NCBI GenBank assembly: GCA_963845535.1
Contig: CAWJSK010000001.1
Location: 32,001 to 96,000, forward strand
Reading direction: 5' to 3'
DNA length: 64,000 nucleotides
From: an uncultured Spirochaetota bacterium
GTDB lineage: Bacteria; Spirochaetota; Spirochaetia; SZUA-6; Fen-1364
Shown here in pieces: positions 1 through 9,970 of the stretch. Within the stretch, counting starts at the first letter, position 1; each line of letters starts with the position of its first letter. The notes beneath the pieces are model-generated. The model ran no database searches, was not told the origin of the DNA, and saw only the letters and a program-made list of their open reading frames with translations. Both the position numbers and the translations under genes were made by a program.

Positions 1-691
1 TGATGGAGCCCAGGTCGGAGGTGAGCCTGATGTGGGAAAGGAGGGGAACGGTCTGCAGGTCCTCCAGGAGCCGGCCCGAGCCGAGGTCCCAGTAGGAGAT
101 TGCGCCGGTCAGCCGGTAGGACATGAGGATCTTTTCACTGCGGGAAAGCGTCGCAAACCCGACAATCCCGAACCCTTCGGGGTGAAAGGCCACGGGAGTG
201 CCGTCGGAGGAGCTTACGATGCGCAGGCTTTCCCACCGGGGCAGCCCGTACAGGAGGTAACGACCGGAGGCGGAATACCTGAGAAAGAGCGGCTGGTCGG
301 TGAGGGGGATTTTGAAGAGCTGTTCCTCCTTCTGCCAGTCCCAGACCTCCAGGGAAAAGCTCTGGAGCGTGTCGGTGCAGAGGACGGCGAACCTCGTGTC
401 CGAAGGGCTTACGGCGACCATCCCGGCCTGGAGGCTCGTGACGGTAAGGCTCTTCACCAGGGATCGCGTTGCCGCGTTCCATATCCGCACCGTGCCGTCC
501 GCGCCGGCGGTGAACAGGAGCCCTCGAGAGTCGTCATGGTCGATGGCGAGAACCGCCCCTCGGTGGCCCGAAACCACCACCGCCTCCGTGGACCCGTGGT
601 CTGCCGCGCCTGCCCCCCATCCCGAGCCGGCCGGAACGAGCGCCAGGCACACAACGGCTGTGAGCAGGAAAAGGTTGCCCTTTCTCTTCAT
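1..691 (-). CDS. Secreted WD40/beta-propeller protein (runs off the window start; not in the ORF track)
   Basis: Hand translation from ATG 691: MKRKGNLFLLTAVVCLALVPAG (signal peptide), then GHRGAVLAIDHDDSRGLLFTAGADGTVRIWN and later LEVWDW and ISYWDL, WD40-like; frame open to the window edge. Confidence 0.8.
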   Translation of the reverse strand, partial: MKRKGNLFLLTAVVCLALVPAGSGWGAGAADHGSTEAVVVSGHRGAVLAIDHDDSRGLLFTAGADGTVRIWNAATRSLVKSLTVTSLQAGMVAVSPSDTRFAVLCTDTLQSFSLEVWDWQKEEQLFKIPLTDQPLFLRYSASGRYLLYGLPRWESLRIVSSSDGTPVAFHPEGFGIVGFATLSRSEKILMSYRLTGAISYWDLGSGRLLEDLQTVPLLSHIRLTSDLGSI

Positions 692-776
692 ATCAGTGTG
701 CACCGGATTCAAAAGGTACAACGGCGCGGCATGGCGGCGGGATCGTCGGAGGCATGATTCTCCTGTCGAATTAATT

Positions 777-1163
777 CTACCGGAACAGCTTGAAAAATCT
801 TGCCAGCGCCGACTCGCGACGCTGGCCGCTGCCGTCCGGGGCGTCTTGCGGGGGTTCGGGCGCAGGCGTCTCCGCGGCCTGGTCCGCCTGCTCCTGAGCT
901 ACCGCCAGCTTTCGCTCCCGCTCCTCGACGTCGCGGTGCCTCTGGGCAAGCCGTTCGCGCGAGCTTCGATGGATGTACTGGCCCACGTAGAGGAACAGGG
1001 AATAGACGACGCCGAGCACGAAGCTCAGCATTGCCACCGCCACGACGGGGATGTTCGCAAACTTCGCACCGAACAGGTTGACGGGCGTGGTGGGGCCGAG
1101 ATTCATGACGATCAGGACGGTGAGCAGAACGAGCAGGACGGCGCTGAAAATGACCCGACCCAT
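777..1163 (-). CDS. LapA/DUF1049-like small membrane protein
   Basis: Two hydrophobic segments around N..P(V)NLFG, then a coiled charged tail. Confidence 0.65.
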   Translation of the reverse strand: MGRVIFSAVLLVLLTVLIVMNLGPTTPVNLFGAKFANIPVVAVAMLSFVLGVVYSLFLYVGQYIHRSSRERLAQRHRDVEERERKLAVAQEQADQAAETPAPEPPQDAPDGSGQRRESALARFFKLFR

Positions 1164-1171
1164 GCGTGATC

Positions 1172-3773
1172 CTACTTGCGGCCGGCGAGAAACGCCTTGA
1201 GCTTGCCGTCTTCCAGGACCGTGTGGGTGAGCATCCAGTCTTTCAGAAAGTCCCTGACGTTCGCGTGATTGGTCTCCGCAAGGAGGCGCTTCTCGTCGTC
1301 CAGCCTCCTGATCTGCTCGAGCATTTTCTCATGCTCTTCCCGATGATGGTCCAGCCCCGGGAAGCGCCGTTTTTTCATGAGTGTCTCCTGCATCGCGAAG
1401 AGCCTGCTTCCTTCTTTTTCCACCTCGCTTTGAAGCTCGGCGCATGTCCCGCGCTTGCCGGAGCGCTCCATGCAGTCCGCGAGGTCCCGCACCACCTCGA
1501 ACAGGCGCTTCTGCCGTTCGTCCGTCCGCGCGCCCAGGGCATAGTCCTTTGTCCATTCCAGTTTCGCGTGCGTGCGAAACCAGGCAAGGCGCTTGCGGAA
1601 CGTCTCCACGAGCTTCCAGTGGACGATCGGGATCTCCCTGACCAGCTCGGCGGGGATGAGGAAATATGAGCATGCGCGGTCCGCCGTGGCCTCGAAGAGG
1701 CTCGGCGCCTTCTCCAATACCGCCGTCTCTCCCCAGAAATCTCCGGGGCCCAGGGACGCGAAGCGCTCGCTTCCCCGCTCGCCTCCCGAGGAAAGGGATA
1801 TCCTGCCCTTTTCCACGATTGCCAGCCCGGATTCCTCGTTGAGGCGGATGGAGTCCCCCGCGGCGGCGGTCTTTCTCACCATGGCGCGCGCTATCCGGTT
1901 GCCCACCGGAAATGACACCATTTCACCGAAGAGCCACGTGGATTGAAGGAACCTGCGATTCTCACGAAGCCGCTGGATGGTGTGACGAAGCCCGTTGCGC
2001 TCGACGAAGCCTTCATAAAGGTCGCGAGGAATCCGCAGCACCGTTACGAAGCTCCTGGCACGGTAGGTTCGCCGCGCCACGTCCCCCGTGAGGGCGCTCA
2101 TTTCGCCTATGAGCGCGCCGCTCGTCAGCATGAAGGAACGCGCGCCTCCCGTTTCAACGGAGTCGGCAACGCCGTCCAGGATCACATGCAGAGCGTCGAT
2201 CCTGGCGCCCTGCTTTCACGATTGTCGTCCCGGCTTTGAACGGGACCGTGGGGCATCTGGCAAGGAGCGCAATTTCACCGGGGGGCGCCTCGGGAAAGCA
2301 GGCGGAAAGGTACCGCTCGGCGGAAGGAAGCTCATGAAGGTCCTCGAGGGCAGGAAACAACGCGTCCTGGGAGCCGAACGGGGCGCTTGCCCCGATCTCC
2401 CTTTCTTTCGCGGAAAGGGGGCCCGTCTTGTGACTGAGGTATTTGACCACGGAAGAGTCTTCCCGGAAATCCTCCGCGCTTCCGTGGATCAATCCGCCCC
2501 CTGCGTCGATCTTCTTCACGTCCACGGGTGTAAGCAAGGCGGAGGTGTACGAATTGAAAAAGACCGGTGTGATGCTTCCCGAGCTCGTATCCGTGCCCAT
2601 CATGCGCGTGAGATTGGCGAAATCGATGATATCCGCAAGGTGCGCATACGTCCGAGACTGCCCGTCCCGCGACGCGCGGAAGAACATGATCGTCGTCTCC
2701 ACGGGATGCGGGGAGTAGACGGGTTTGACCTCCAGCCCGCCCACGTCGTTCCAGCGGCTGGGAGCCAGGTCGCACACCTCGAAATAGTTGCCGAACTCCC
2801 CGGGGCGCATTCCCATGAGCGCGCCGAGCTTCTTCTCCGCGCTCGAGCGAACATACGGCGTGGCGTAGTATTTCAGACGGCGGTCCATGGCAATGAGGGA
2901 CGTGAACCCGGCGAAATGGTCGTCATGGACGTGGGTCTGGAAGATTCCCTCCAGGTCGTTGACGTTGATGCCCAGGGCGACAAGCGATGCCCTGATGTTC
3001 GGCCCTGCATCCACAAGGTAGAGCTTCCCGCGGAAGCACACGATGCTCCCCATGCAGGGCTTGTCGACGTTCCAGCCGTCCCCCTCTCCCACGTGAATGA
3101 TGGAGAAATACTCGCGGCTGATGCGCGCAGGGTCGAGCGAATAGGACGGTCCATACTCTTCCCCGGCGCCGAGGTTGAGGTCCACCGTGACGGATTTGCC
3201 GCGGTGGCGTATTTCGAACCGGTTGATGCCGCGGCGGCGAATAGTGACACCAGGGGCGATCTCCGTGCTCTGCCTGCCGATGACCCGAATGTCCAGGAGC
3301 TCCTCGGTGGGGAGGATCCTGCCAAATGCGAAGTGCAGCTTGATCCGCATCATCTTCTGCGCCTCGTCTTCGGAGACCCCCGCCTGCAGGAGCTCCTCAC
3401 GGGAGGTCAGGCCGTAGTTGCCGCGGAAGATGTATTCACTCTGTGATCTCACCTGGTCTTCAGCTCCCAGGAGGAGGGGCCTGCGGCCCGTGTTGTTGGG
3501 ATGCCCCGGCAGGAACATCCCCTGGCGGTACAGCATCTGCAGGACGGGGAACTCGGCGAGATTGGCAATGCTTCCGTGCTGGATGGGCGTGTCGGAAAGG
3601 AGTATGGCGTTGGGTCCGGTCTCGATGGTAACGCCGTCCTTCCTGGCGCGGGAAATGAGACCCCGTTTCATGAGGTGCTTTACGCTGTCCGCGGGGCACC
3701 CGCATTGGATTCGCAGATCAGCCTCGGGAATAGACACCCATGACAGGCCGTTTGCGACGTTGATTTTTTGCAC
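1172..3773 (-). CDS. MBL-fold hydrolase + two cNMP-binding domains + C-terminal hemerythrin-like domain (one gene, apparent 1-nt frameshift near 2209)
   Basis: THVHDDH metallo-beta-lactamase motif; GALIGEMS and GDFWGETA cNMP motifs; W..DY..G..DE, HHREEH and WMLTHTVLED hemerythrin motifs. Removing one G from GCAGGGCGCC joins ORFs 2154..3773 and 1172..2185 as KAGARIDALHVILDG. Confidence 0.85.
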
Positions 3774-3790
3774 TTCTGACCCTCAGGGTA

Positions 3791-3819
3791 AATATATGCC
3801 AGACAACGGCGGATGTCAT
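3791..3819 (-). promoter_or_regulatory. Putative sigma70 promoter of the MBL-cNMP-hemerythrin gene
   Basis: ATGACA-17 nt-TATATT on the minus strand. Confidence 0.5.
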
Positions 3820-3848
3820 TGTTTCCTGAAGGGCTGGTGTGGGCCATC

Positions 3849-5081
3849 TCATTCGACCCAGGAGCCCAGCGCGCGGGCAATTGCCAACCGCGCCGCCCGA
3901 CGAGTGGGCAGGAGGCTGCCGATGAGCGCGCTGGCAAAGCTCACGGCGCTCGCCAGCAGGAAGTCGGTCAGCCGGTAGTCTCCCGTGAAGCGGTGGCCGA
4001 ACGGTATGGGCATTTCCAGGGACGTGCTGGAGAAGTCGATGCCGACGGTGGACATGTACCATGCGAAAATGCCCCCGAGGAGGCACCCCGCCACGGCGGC
4101 AGCCAGCGCAACGAAGGCCGCTTCGACGAGGAAGAGCAGTGAGAGCTGTGAGCGTCGGATCCCGATGGCCCGCAGCGTCCCGATCTCCCGCGTCCTCTCG
4201 CGGACCGACATCGACATCGAATTGATGATCCCAATGACGACAAGCAGAAAAATCACGGTGAAGATGATCCAGAATCCGCCGATATCGGCGGATGTCGCGG
4301 ACACGATCACCTGGGCGAACCTTCGCCATGAGTAGGCTCTGGCGCCCGTTCCGCGCACACCTTTGCTGATGGAGGCGAGGCCATCGCGCTCGGAGACCCC
4401 GTCTTTCAAGCGCACGACGAGGCGTGTGGCCGCGCCCGGGATGCCAAGGAGCTGGCGGGCTGTGGCGAGGTCCACGAAAATGACATTTTCGTCCATGGAG
4501 GGCAGGCCAAAACGGAAAGTACCGGTAACGGGAACCTCGACATAATTCTCCACCGAATACCGGTCCGTCGCCGAAAGCGCGACGAGTTGCCCGACTTTCA
4601 CGCGCAGCTTTCCTGCAAGAGGGTCTCCCAGGAGCAGACCTTCTTTTCCGGGGCTGAGCCAGGAGCCCTGCAGGATGAACTCCGGCGCCGTCGTCACGCT
4701 GGCCTCCGCCGTGGGATCCACCGCCCTGCCGAGGACCCGGACCGAGCCCGCCCTCGTGCCGACGGTGGCACTGAAGTCGATGCGCGGGGCCACGGCTTTG
4801 ACCAGGGGATTGCCGGCAAGGCTACGGACCATGGACTGCGAATCCGAAATGGCAAGGTCGAGGGGAAGGCGTCGCTCCTGGTCGAGGTAGCCGTTTCGGA
4901 GGACCTGCAGGTCGCCGGTTTCGAGCTTCCTCACTCCCCCGTAGATCGTCGAGTAGTATCCTCGGATCCATCCCATGCCTATGATCATGACAGCGACCCC
5001 CACCGCGAGCGCCGTGATGGAGAGCGCGCTTCGCCGGGGATTGCGCCTGACGTTGCGAAGCCCGATGGCAACAAGCCCCAT
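3849..5081 (-). CDS. ABC transporter permease, FtsX/MacB/LolC-E type
   Basis: RNVRRNPRRS N-terminus, one TM, large periplasmic domain, VRERTREIGTLRAIG motif, three C-terminal TMs; start at ATG 5081. Confidence 0.9.
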   Translation of the reverse strand: MGLVAIGLRNVRRNPRRSALSITALAVGVAVMIIGMGWIRGYYSTIYGGVRKLETGDLQVLRNGYLDQERRLPLDLAISDSQSMVRSLAGNPLVKAVAPRIDFSATVGTRAGSVRVLGRAVDPTAEASVTTAPEFILQGSWLSPGKEGLLLGDPLAGKLRVKVGQLVALSATDRYSVENYVEVPVTGTFRFGLPSMDENVIFVDLATARQLLGIPGAATRLVVRLKDGVSERDGLASISKGVRGTGARAYSWRRFAQVIVSATSADIGGFWIIFTVIFLLVVIGIINSMSMSVRERTREIGTLRAIGIRRSQLSLLFLVEAAFVALAAAVAGCLLGGIFAWYMSTVGIDFSSTSLEMPIPFGHRFTGDYRLTDFLLASAVSFASALIGSLLPTRRAARLAIARALGSWVE

Positions 5082-5082
5082 T

Positions 5083-6306
5083 TCAGACTCCTTGCTCCAG
5101 GGACTCAAGCAACCGGATGCGCACGCTCACGAACGCGCCGTACATGTAGCCGAGCGCGGCTATGAAGATGCCGGCGCCGAAGACGGTGAGTGCGCTCCGC
5201 GCAGTCACAACGAAGTGATAGGACGTGGAGGTGCCCAGCACCTGGGAAAAGGCGCCCACATCCAGGCCGTGGACTTGCAGATACCCGACGAGGGGGAGTC
5301 CCGCGGCCATTCCGAGCACACTGCCAAGGAGACCCAGGAGAAGTCCTTCCTCCAGGAGCATCCAGAAGAGTTGTCGACGCTTCAAGCCGATGGCCCGGAG
5401 AGTCCCGAAGGTCGGGATGCGCTCGAAGACCGTCATCAGGATGCTGCTTGTGATCACCGTGGCAGCCACCACCGCGATGATGATGTCGATCACCAGGGAG
5501 TAGATGTTCCCAAGGTTGATGAGCGTGACCAGTCCGCCCTGGATTTCCCGCCAGGTTTCGACGGTGGGTTTCTCATCCGAGAAAAGGGAAGTGATACTCT
5601 TTGCAACGCCCGGAGCCGCCTCTGGTTGGGTGAGGGTGATGCGGAGCTCAGAGGCGCTGTGGGGGAGGTCGAGCAGATTCTGCGCGTCCTTGAGCCCGAT
5701 GAAGAAGACACCCTCATCCGTTTGCTCGACTCCCGTGGAGAATATGCCTGTGACCGGATACGAGAGGTAATACGGGCTTCCGCTTGCGTCCTGGACCAGA
5801 ACCACAATGGGATCAGAAAGCGCAAGGCCGAGCAGCCGCGCAATGCTTTCTGAGACGGAAACGCCTCCGGCGGAAAGGAATGATCCCGCGCGCACGCTTT
5901 TGCGCACGTCGGCAAAGAAGCGAGTGTCCGGCTCCACCGCCTGCCCGACGATGGCCACGTTCTTGTCACCATGGACGAGGAGCGCGCCGAACTGGAGCAT
6001 CGGCTCGATGACCGCAAGGTGCGGTGCAATGGAGGCGTCACCCTTGATCTTGTCGATCATGTCCTGAGGGTTGTTCAGGACGTAGGCAAGGGAGTAAGGA
6101 TCAAGCCGATTCTGCCATCCGGATGCATGGATCTGCACGTGTCCCGTCCCCTGGAGGAGGTTTTCGAAGAACGATGAACGCAGGCCGCCCAGCATTCCTT
6201 CCACGAATATCATGACCACGACGGAGACGGCCACGGAGACGGCAATCACGGTGCTCCTGCGTCGATGGCTGAGAATGCTCAAGATGGCAAGACGCACAAA
6301 AAACAT
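5083..6306 (-). CDS. ABC transporter permease, FtsX/MacB/LolC-E type
   Basis: Same architecture, VFERIPTFGTLRAIG motif. Confidence 0.9.
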   Translation of the reverse strand: MFFVRLAILSILSHRRRSTVIAVSVAVSVVVMIFVEGMLGGLRSSFFENLLQGTGHVQIHASGWQNRLDPYSLAYVLNNPQDMIDKIKGDASIAPHLAVIEPMLQFGALLVHGDKNVAIVGQAVEPDTRFFADVRKSVRAGSFLSAGGVSVSESIARLLGLALSDPIVVLVQDASGSPYYLSYPVTGIFSTGVEQTDEGVFFIGLKDAQNLLDLPHSASELRITLTQPEAAPGVAKSITSLFSDEKPTVETWREIQGGLVTLINLGNIYSLVIDIIIAVVAATVITSSILMTVFERIPTFGTLRAIGLKRRQLFWMLLEEGLLLGLLGSVLGMAAGLPLVGYLQVHGLDVGAFSQVLGTSTSYHFVVTARSALTVFGAGIFIAALGYMYGAFVSVRIRLLESLEQGV

Positions 6307-6998
6307 CAGGACGCCTCCGCCGCGCCGGCAGTCTCAAGCTCACCGTCCTTGAGCCGGATGAGCCTGGTCGCGAAACTCAGAATCGCGGGGTTGTGCGTGG
6401 AGAAGATGAACGTCACTCCGTCACGCTCGTTGAGGCCCTTGATGACCTGAAGGACTTCATTGCCTGTCCTGCTGTCCAGGTTCGCGGTGGGCTCGTCCGC
6501 TATGACGAGATCGGGATGGTTCACCAGCGCCCGGGCAATTGCGACCCTTTGCCTCTGCCCGCCGGAAAGCTCGCCAGGCTTGTGTTTTCGAAACGGGGTC
6601 AGGCCGACCGTCTCGATGAGCTGGTCGGCAATTTCCCTTCTTTGGGCAGGGGAGACTCGCGCGAGCACCATGGGCAGCTCGACGTTCTCACGCACGGAAA
6701 GGACGGGAACGAGGTTGAATGTCTGGAAGATGAAGCCGATCCGGTGCAGCCTGAGGTCCGCCAGCCCAGAGTCCGACAATGATCCGACGTCCCGCCCGCC
6801 GAAGAGGACCCTGCCTTGCGTTGGCGCGTCGATGCAGCCCATCAGGTTGAGCAGCGTCGTCTTTCCGCATCCGGAAGGCCCCATGACGGAAAGAAGCTCT
6901 CCCGGTTCCACGGAAAGGGAGACTCCGCGGAGCGCGTGGATGATGGCGTCCCCAAGGGCGTAATCTTTTGCGGCGTTCTGAAGCTCGATCAAGGACAT
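6306..6998 (-). CDS. ABC transporter ATP-binding protein, LolD/MacB type
   Basis: GPSGCGKT, IGFIFQTFNL, LSGGQRQRV, ADEPTANLD, STH. Confidence 0.95.
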   Translation of the reverse strand: MSLIELQNAAKDYALGDAIIHALRGVSLSVEPGELLSVMGPSGCGKTTLLNLMGCIDAPTQGRVLFGGRDVGSLSDSGLADLRLHRIGFIFQTFNLVPVLSVRENVELPMVLARVSPAQRREIADQLIETVGLTPFRKHKPGELSGGQRQRVAIARALVNHPDLVIADEPTANLDSRTGNEVLQVIKGLNERDGVTFIFSTHNPAILSFATRLIRLKDGELETAGAAEAS

Positions 6999-7008
6999 GT
7001 CCTCCCCC

Positions 7009-8352
7009 TTAGAAATGGACGATCATTCCTGCGCTGGCCGCAAGCCGCACCGGCAAGCTGCCGAACTCAGTGGTGCTGTCCTGTCCCCACGCGGTGATTG
7101 CGCGGGCAAACGCGTCTATTCCCTCCAGACCCGTGAAGCGAAGCTCGGCCTGGAGCGCCAGGCTCCAGTCCTGAAGATTGATGACGGCCGCGCTGTCCGC
7201 GGAGAAAAGCTTGTTCACCGAGGCGTTGATGGAAAGCGCCCCATAGTGCTGGCCGAGGGAAGGGATCACTTCCCCGCTGGAAAACCATGCGCCGCCGGCC
7301 ACGGAGCCCAGGAGCGCCCCTGATTGGTTCCCGGAGCCGTGCGCCGTGGACAGGGCGGAAAGGAGGTCATCAAGAAACCTGCCGGCTTCGGAAGGGCTGT
7401 AACCCGTGCTGTCATACAGATACTCGACAGTCGCCGTGACAGAGGCCGTGTCCGTGGAAGCTGCTCGCTGCAGCCCGATGGTGGCAATCGGAAAGGCGCT
7501 TCCGAACCCGGGGCTCGAATACGAGCCGTCCGGCTGGGGGTACAAGTCGCTGTTGGACAGCTCCACGGCAACGGCGCCGTCAAGGATGAACCCCAGGACG
7601 TCCACGGAAAAGTCGACAGTGGGCCGAAGCACTCTTTGCCACTGCCATGTCGCGCCGGCGTGCAGGTCGAGGTCCCCGAGGAAAGCTTCGACGTACAGGG
7701 CGTACCGCAGCTCCAGCCAGGGATTTTCCGCGGAGGGAAGGTAGGGAGCAAGAAACGGAAGCGATGGCGCAAGGCTCGTTTCCGTGGAGTAGGGCAGGCC
7801 CGGGAGCTCTGCAATGCCGGTAAAGGCCGTGTCCATGCGCACGCTTGCCGTGACGCTCAACGAGGCTGAGGGAGCAAGGGAAGCCGAGAAGCCGTAGAAG
7901 CCCTCCGAACGGTTCTGGGGATTCACCGGCGGATTGATCCTGTCACCGGGAAAGAAGGCGTACCCTGTTCCCCAGGAAATCCTCTGCTTGCCCAGGACGA
8001 GGGTCAGGGCGGGCAGGGGAGTCACGGCGACGTATGCCTGGAGCAGATCATTCTGCAGCGTCCCCCCGTCGGACCCCTGCCACCAGTACACGGAGTCCGC
8101 CACATACAGCTGACCGCTGTCGAAGGAAAGGCGCTCATTCAGGTCGAGCTGCGCCTGGCCGGTCAGGAGTTGAGAGCCCGCGCCCATTCCGATTGAGCTG
8201 GCTGTCACGGGGTCTGGCGCGGCAAGGAAATCCTGGCCGAAGATCTGCAGATCACCGAAGAGCATCTGCGTTTGTGCGGCCAAAGGGCGCGCGGCAAACA
8301 AGGTCATGAGAAGCAACGCGACCACGGTTGCTGTTGAAAAGAATCGCTTCAT
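7009..8352 (-). CDS. Exported protein, probable outer-membrane beta-barrel
   Basis: Signal peptide; LGKQRISWGTG motif typical of barrels found beside LolA-like genes; alternating beta-strand pattern; C-terminal Phe (GMIVHF). Confidence 0.65.
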   Translation of the reverse strand: MKRFFSTATVVALLLMTLFAARPLAAQTQMLFGDLQIFGQDFLAAPDPVTASSIGMGAGSQLLTGQAQLDLNERLSFDSGQLYVADSVYWWQGSDGGTLQNDLLQAYVAVTPLPALTLVLGKQRISWGTGYAFFPGDRINPPVNPQNRSEGFYGFSASLAPSASLSVTASVRMDTAFTGIAELPGLPYSTETSLAPSLPFLAPYLPSAENPWLELRYALYVEAFLGDLDLHAGATWQWQRVLRPTVDFSVDVLGFILDGAVAVELSNSDLYPQPDGSYSSPGFGSAFPIATIGLQRAASTDTASVTATVEYLYDSTGYSPSEAGRFLDDLLSALSTAHGSGNQSGALLGSVAGGAWFSSGEVIPSLGQHYGALSINASVNKLFSADSAAVINLQDWSLALQAELRFTGLEGIDAFARAITAWGQDSTTEFGSLPVRLAASAGMIVHF

Positions 8353-8373
8353 TGGGCATCCACCGCGCAGGCG

Positions 8374-9141
8374 CTATCTCGTGAGGGCCGCCAGGCTGAA
8401 GAGAGCGTCCGACAGGTCAGGCTTTTCCTCGAGGCTCGTTATGGTCATGACGGATTCGCGGTCAGGCTGATCGAGTGAGATCATGCGGATGACCGTGGGA
8501 CGTTCGCGTCCGGCCAATTCCCGGATGCCCGTGAAGAGAGCGCGCTTGAAGAGCAGGCCGGATTTCGCGTAATACTCCCCCTTCAGCAGCATGTCGTCAC
8601 TGGACCGGACCCAGAGCTTGATCTTCGAGTAGGCCACCGACTCATTGCGCGCCGTCCCTTCCAGCACGATCGTCGGCACGCTGCCCAGGTCTGGATGGTC
8701 GATAGTCTCCGTGCCCGCGAGGCGCATGACGTACTCAGTCGAATACTGCGGGTCCCCGATGTCGCGGTTGGAGAAGACGCTTCCCTGGAATGCGGCCTTC
8801 GGGGAGAGCCTGATTGCCTGGCTGGTGCCCGCTTGTGGGTTGAAAAGCCACAGCGCGTCTTCCTTCTGGAGAAAGCGCAGCCCGCGCGACCGGGCAGGCG
8901 CGAGCAGCTCGACGCGCGAGCCAATGCTCCTCTTGAAGGACACCGCCATTTCCATCCGAGGAGGACTCTCGCCGGATTGCAGGGTTTCGAGCGTGGCATG
9001 CATGACGAAGGCGTCAGGAAAGACGGATTGCTCCGCGCTCCGAACAACCTGATCCGCCGTGAGGGCCTGGGCCTCCGCCGGCTGCAGGCTTTCGGAGAAT
9101 ACAAGCCCAACGAGCGCGAAAGCGAAGGTGATCTTTCTCAT
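8374..9141 (-). CDS. LolA-like outer-membrane lipoprotein-sorting family protein
   Basis: Start MRKITFAFALV at ATG 9141, ATGA overlap with the TetR stop; P...G..FL, FQGSVFSNRD, YSKIKLWV, LSDALFS pattern. Confidence 0.8.
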   Translation of the reverse strand: MRKITFAFALVGLVFSESLQPAEAQALTADQVVRSAEQSVFPDAFVMHATLETLQSGESPPRMEMAVSFKRSIGSRVELLAPARSRGLRFLQKEDALWLFNPQAGTSQAIRLSPKAAFQGSVFSNRDIGDPQYSTEYVMRLAGTETIDHPDLGSVPTIVLEGTARNESVAYSKIKLWVRSSDDMLLKGEYYAKSGLLFKRALFTGIRELAGRERPTVIRMISLDQPDRESVMTITSLEEKPDLSDALFSLAALTR

Positions 9142-9776
9142 CTCCCGGCCTCCTTCGTGCGGGTGGATGCGCGCTTGCGGTCGCCGCGCTCGATTCCGCG
9201 CAGGATCAGGTCCGTGGACAGGCGCAGTTGGGCAAGGTCCGCCATTGAGCGGTCGAACACCCACAGGAGGAGGTTCCCCTCCATGGACGCCATGATGGCG
9301 AGGGCGATCCGGCGGGAATCAACCGCGCGGAACTCTCCCGCGGCGATCCCCTGCTCGATGACCCTTTGAATACCGTCAATGAAGATCCTGAAGAACTCCT
9401 GGAAAGCCTTCTTCATGACCTTGTTTCGAAACGCAACGGAATAGAACTCGAACGTGATTGGCATGAGCCTTTCCATCAGCGCGATGTCCTTGACCATGGA
9501 CTCCGCGAACGCGACAAGACGCTCCCGCGCGGGCCCCCCGGCATCAGCAAGGGTGCGGACGCGGTTCAGCTCCGGCCGCATAAGGCGCTCCAGAAGGGCC
9601 ACGATGAGCGCGTCCTTGCTCTTGAAGTACCAGTACAGGAGCCCTTTGCTGAGACCGGTCTCCTGGACAATGTCATCCATGCGCGCGCCGCCGAACCCCT
9701 TCTTGGAAAAGACGCGCGCGGCAGCCTCCACGATCTCAGCCTTGCGCTTGTCACTGACATCAGGTCGAGGCGCCAT
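9138..9776 (-). CDS. TetR/AcrR family transcriptional regulator
   Basis: IVEAAARVFSKKGF..ARMDDIVQETGLSKGLLYWYFKSK helix-turn-helix; GGAGG upstream. Confidence 0.95.
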   Translation of the reverse strand: MAPRPDVSDKRKAEIVEAAARVFSKKGFGGARMDDIVQETGLSKGLLYWYFKSKDALIVALLERLMRPELNRVRTLADAGGPARERLVAFAESMVKDIALMERLMPITFEFYSVAFRNKVMKKAFQEFFRIFIDGIQRVIEQGIAAGEFRAVDSRRIALAIMASMEGNLLLWVFDRSMADLAQLRLSTDLILRGIERGDRKRASTRTKEAGR

Positions 9777-9798
9777 GTCCTTCCTCCCGTGGCATAGA

Positions 9799-9826
9799 AT
9801 AACTGGCCGACTGGTCGGTCAGTTAT
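9799..9826. promoter_or_regulatory. Probable TetR operator (inverted repeat)
   Basis: ATAACTGGCCGAC-TG-GTCGGTCAGTTAT, 13-bp arms with one mismatch, just downstream of TTGACG-17-GATATT on the minus strand. Confidence 0.75.
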
Positions 9827-9970
9827 CAATATCGCGTGAAACAGCCCGCGCGTCAAGGGAGAAAATGCCGAGACCTTTCCGCAGTTGACCCGGAACGAGG
9901 CTCTGTCCACATTGAAAGTGAGGGATATCCCCTCGAGCGTACCCCTGCCAGATGGTCCGAGGAGGTTCAC

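Noticed and set aside
2088..3446. Long antisense ORFs (also 25232..26461, 31361..32551, 41486..42694, 52028..53278, 55321..56826)
   Set aside because: They shadow motif-bearing genes on the other strand, as expected from GC-rich codon bias, and have no motifs of their own
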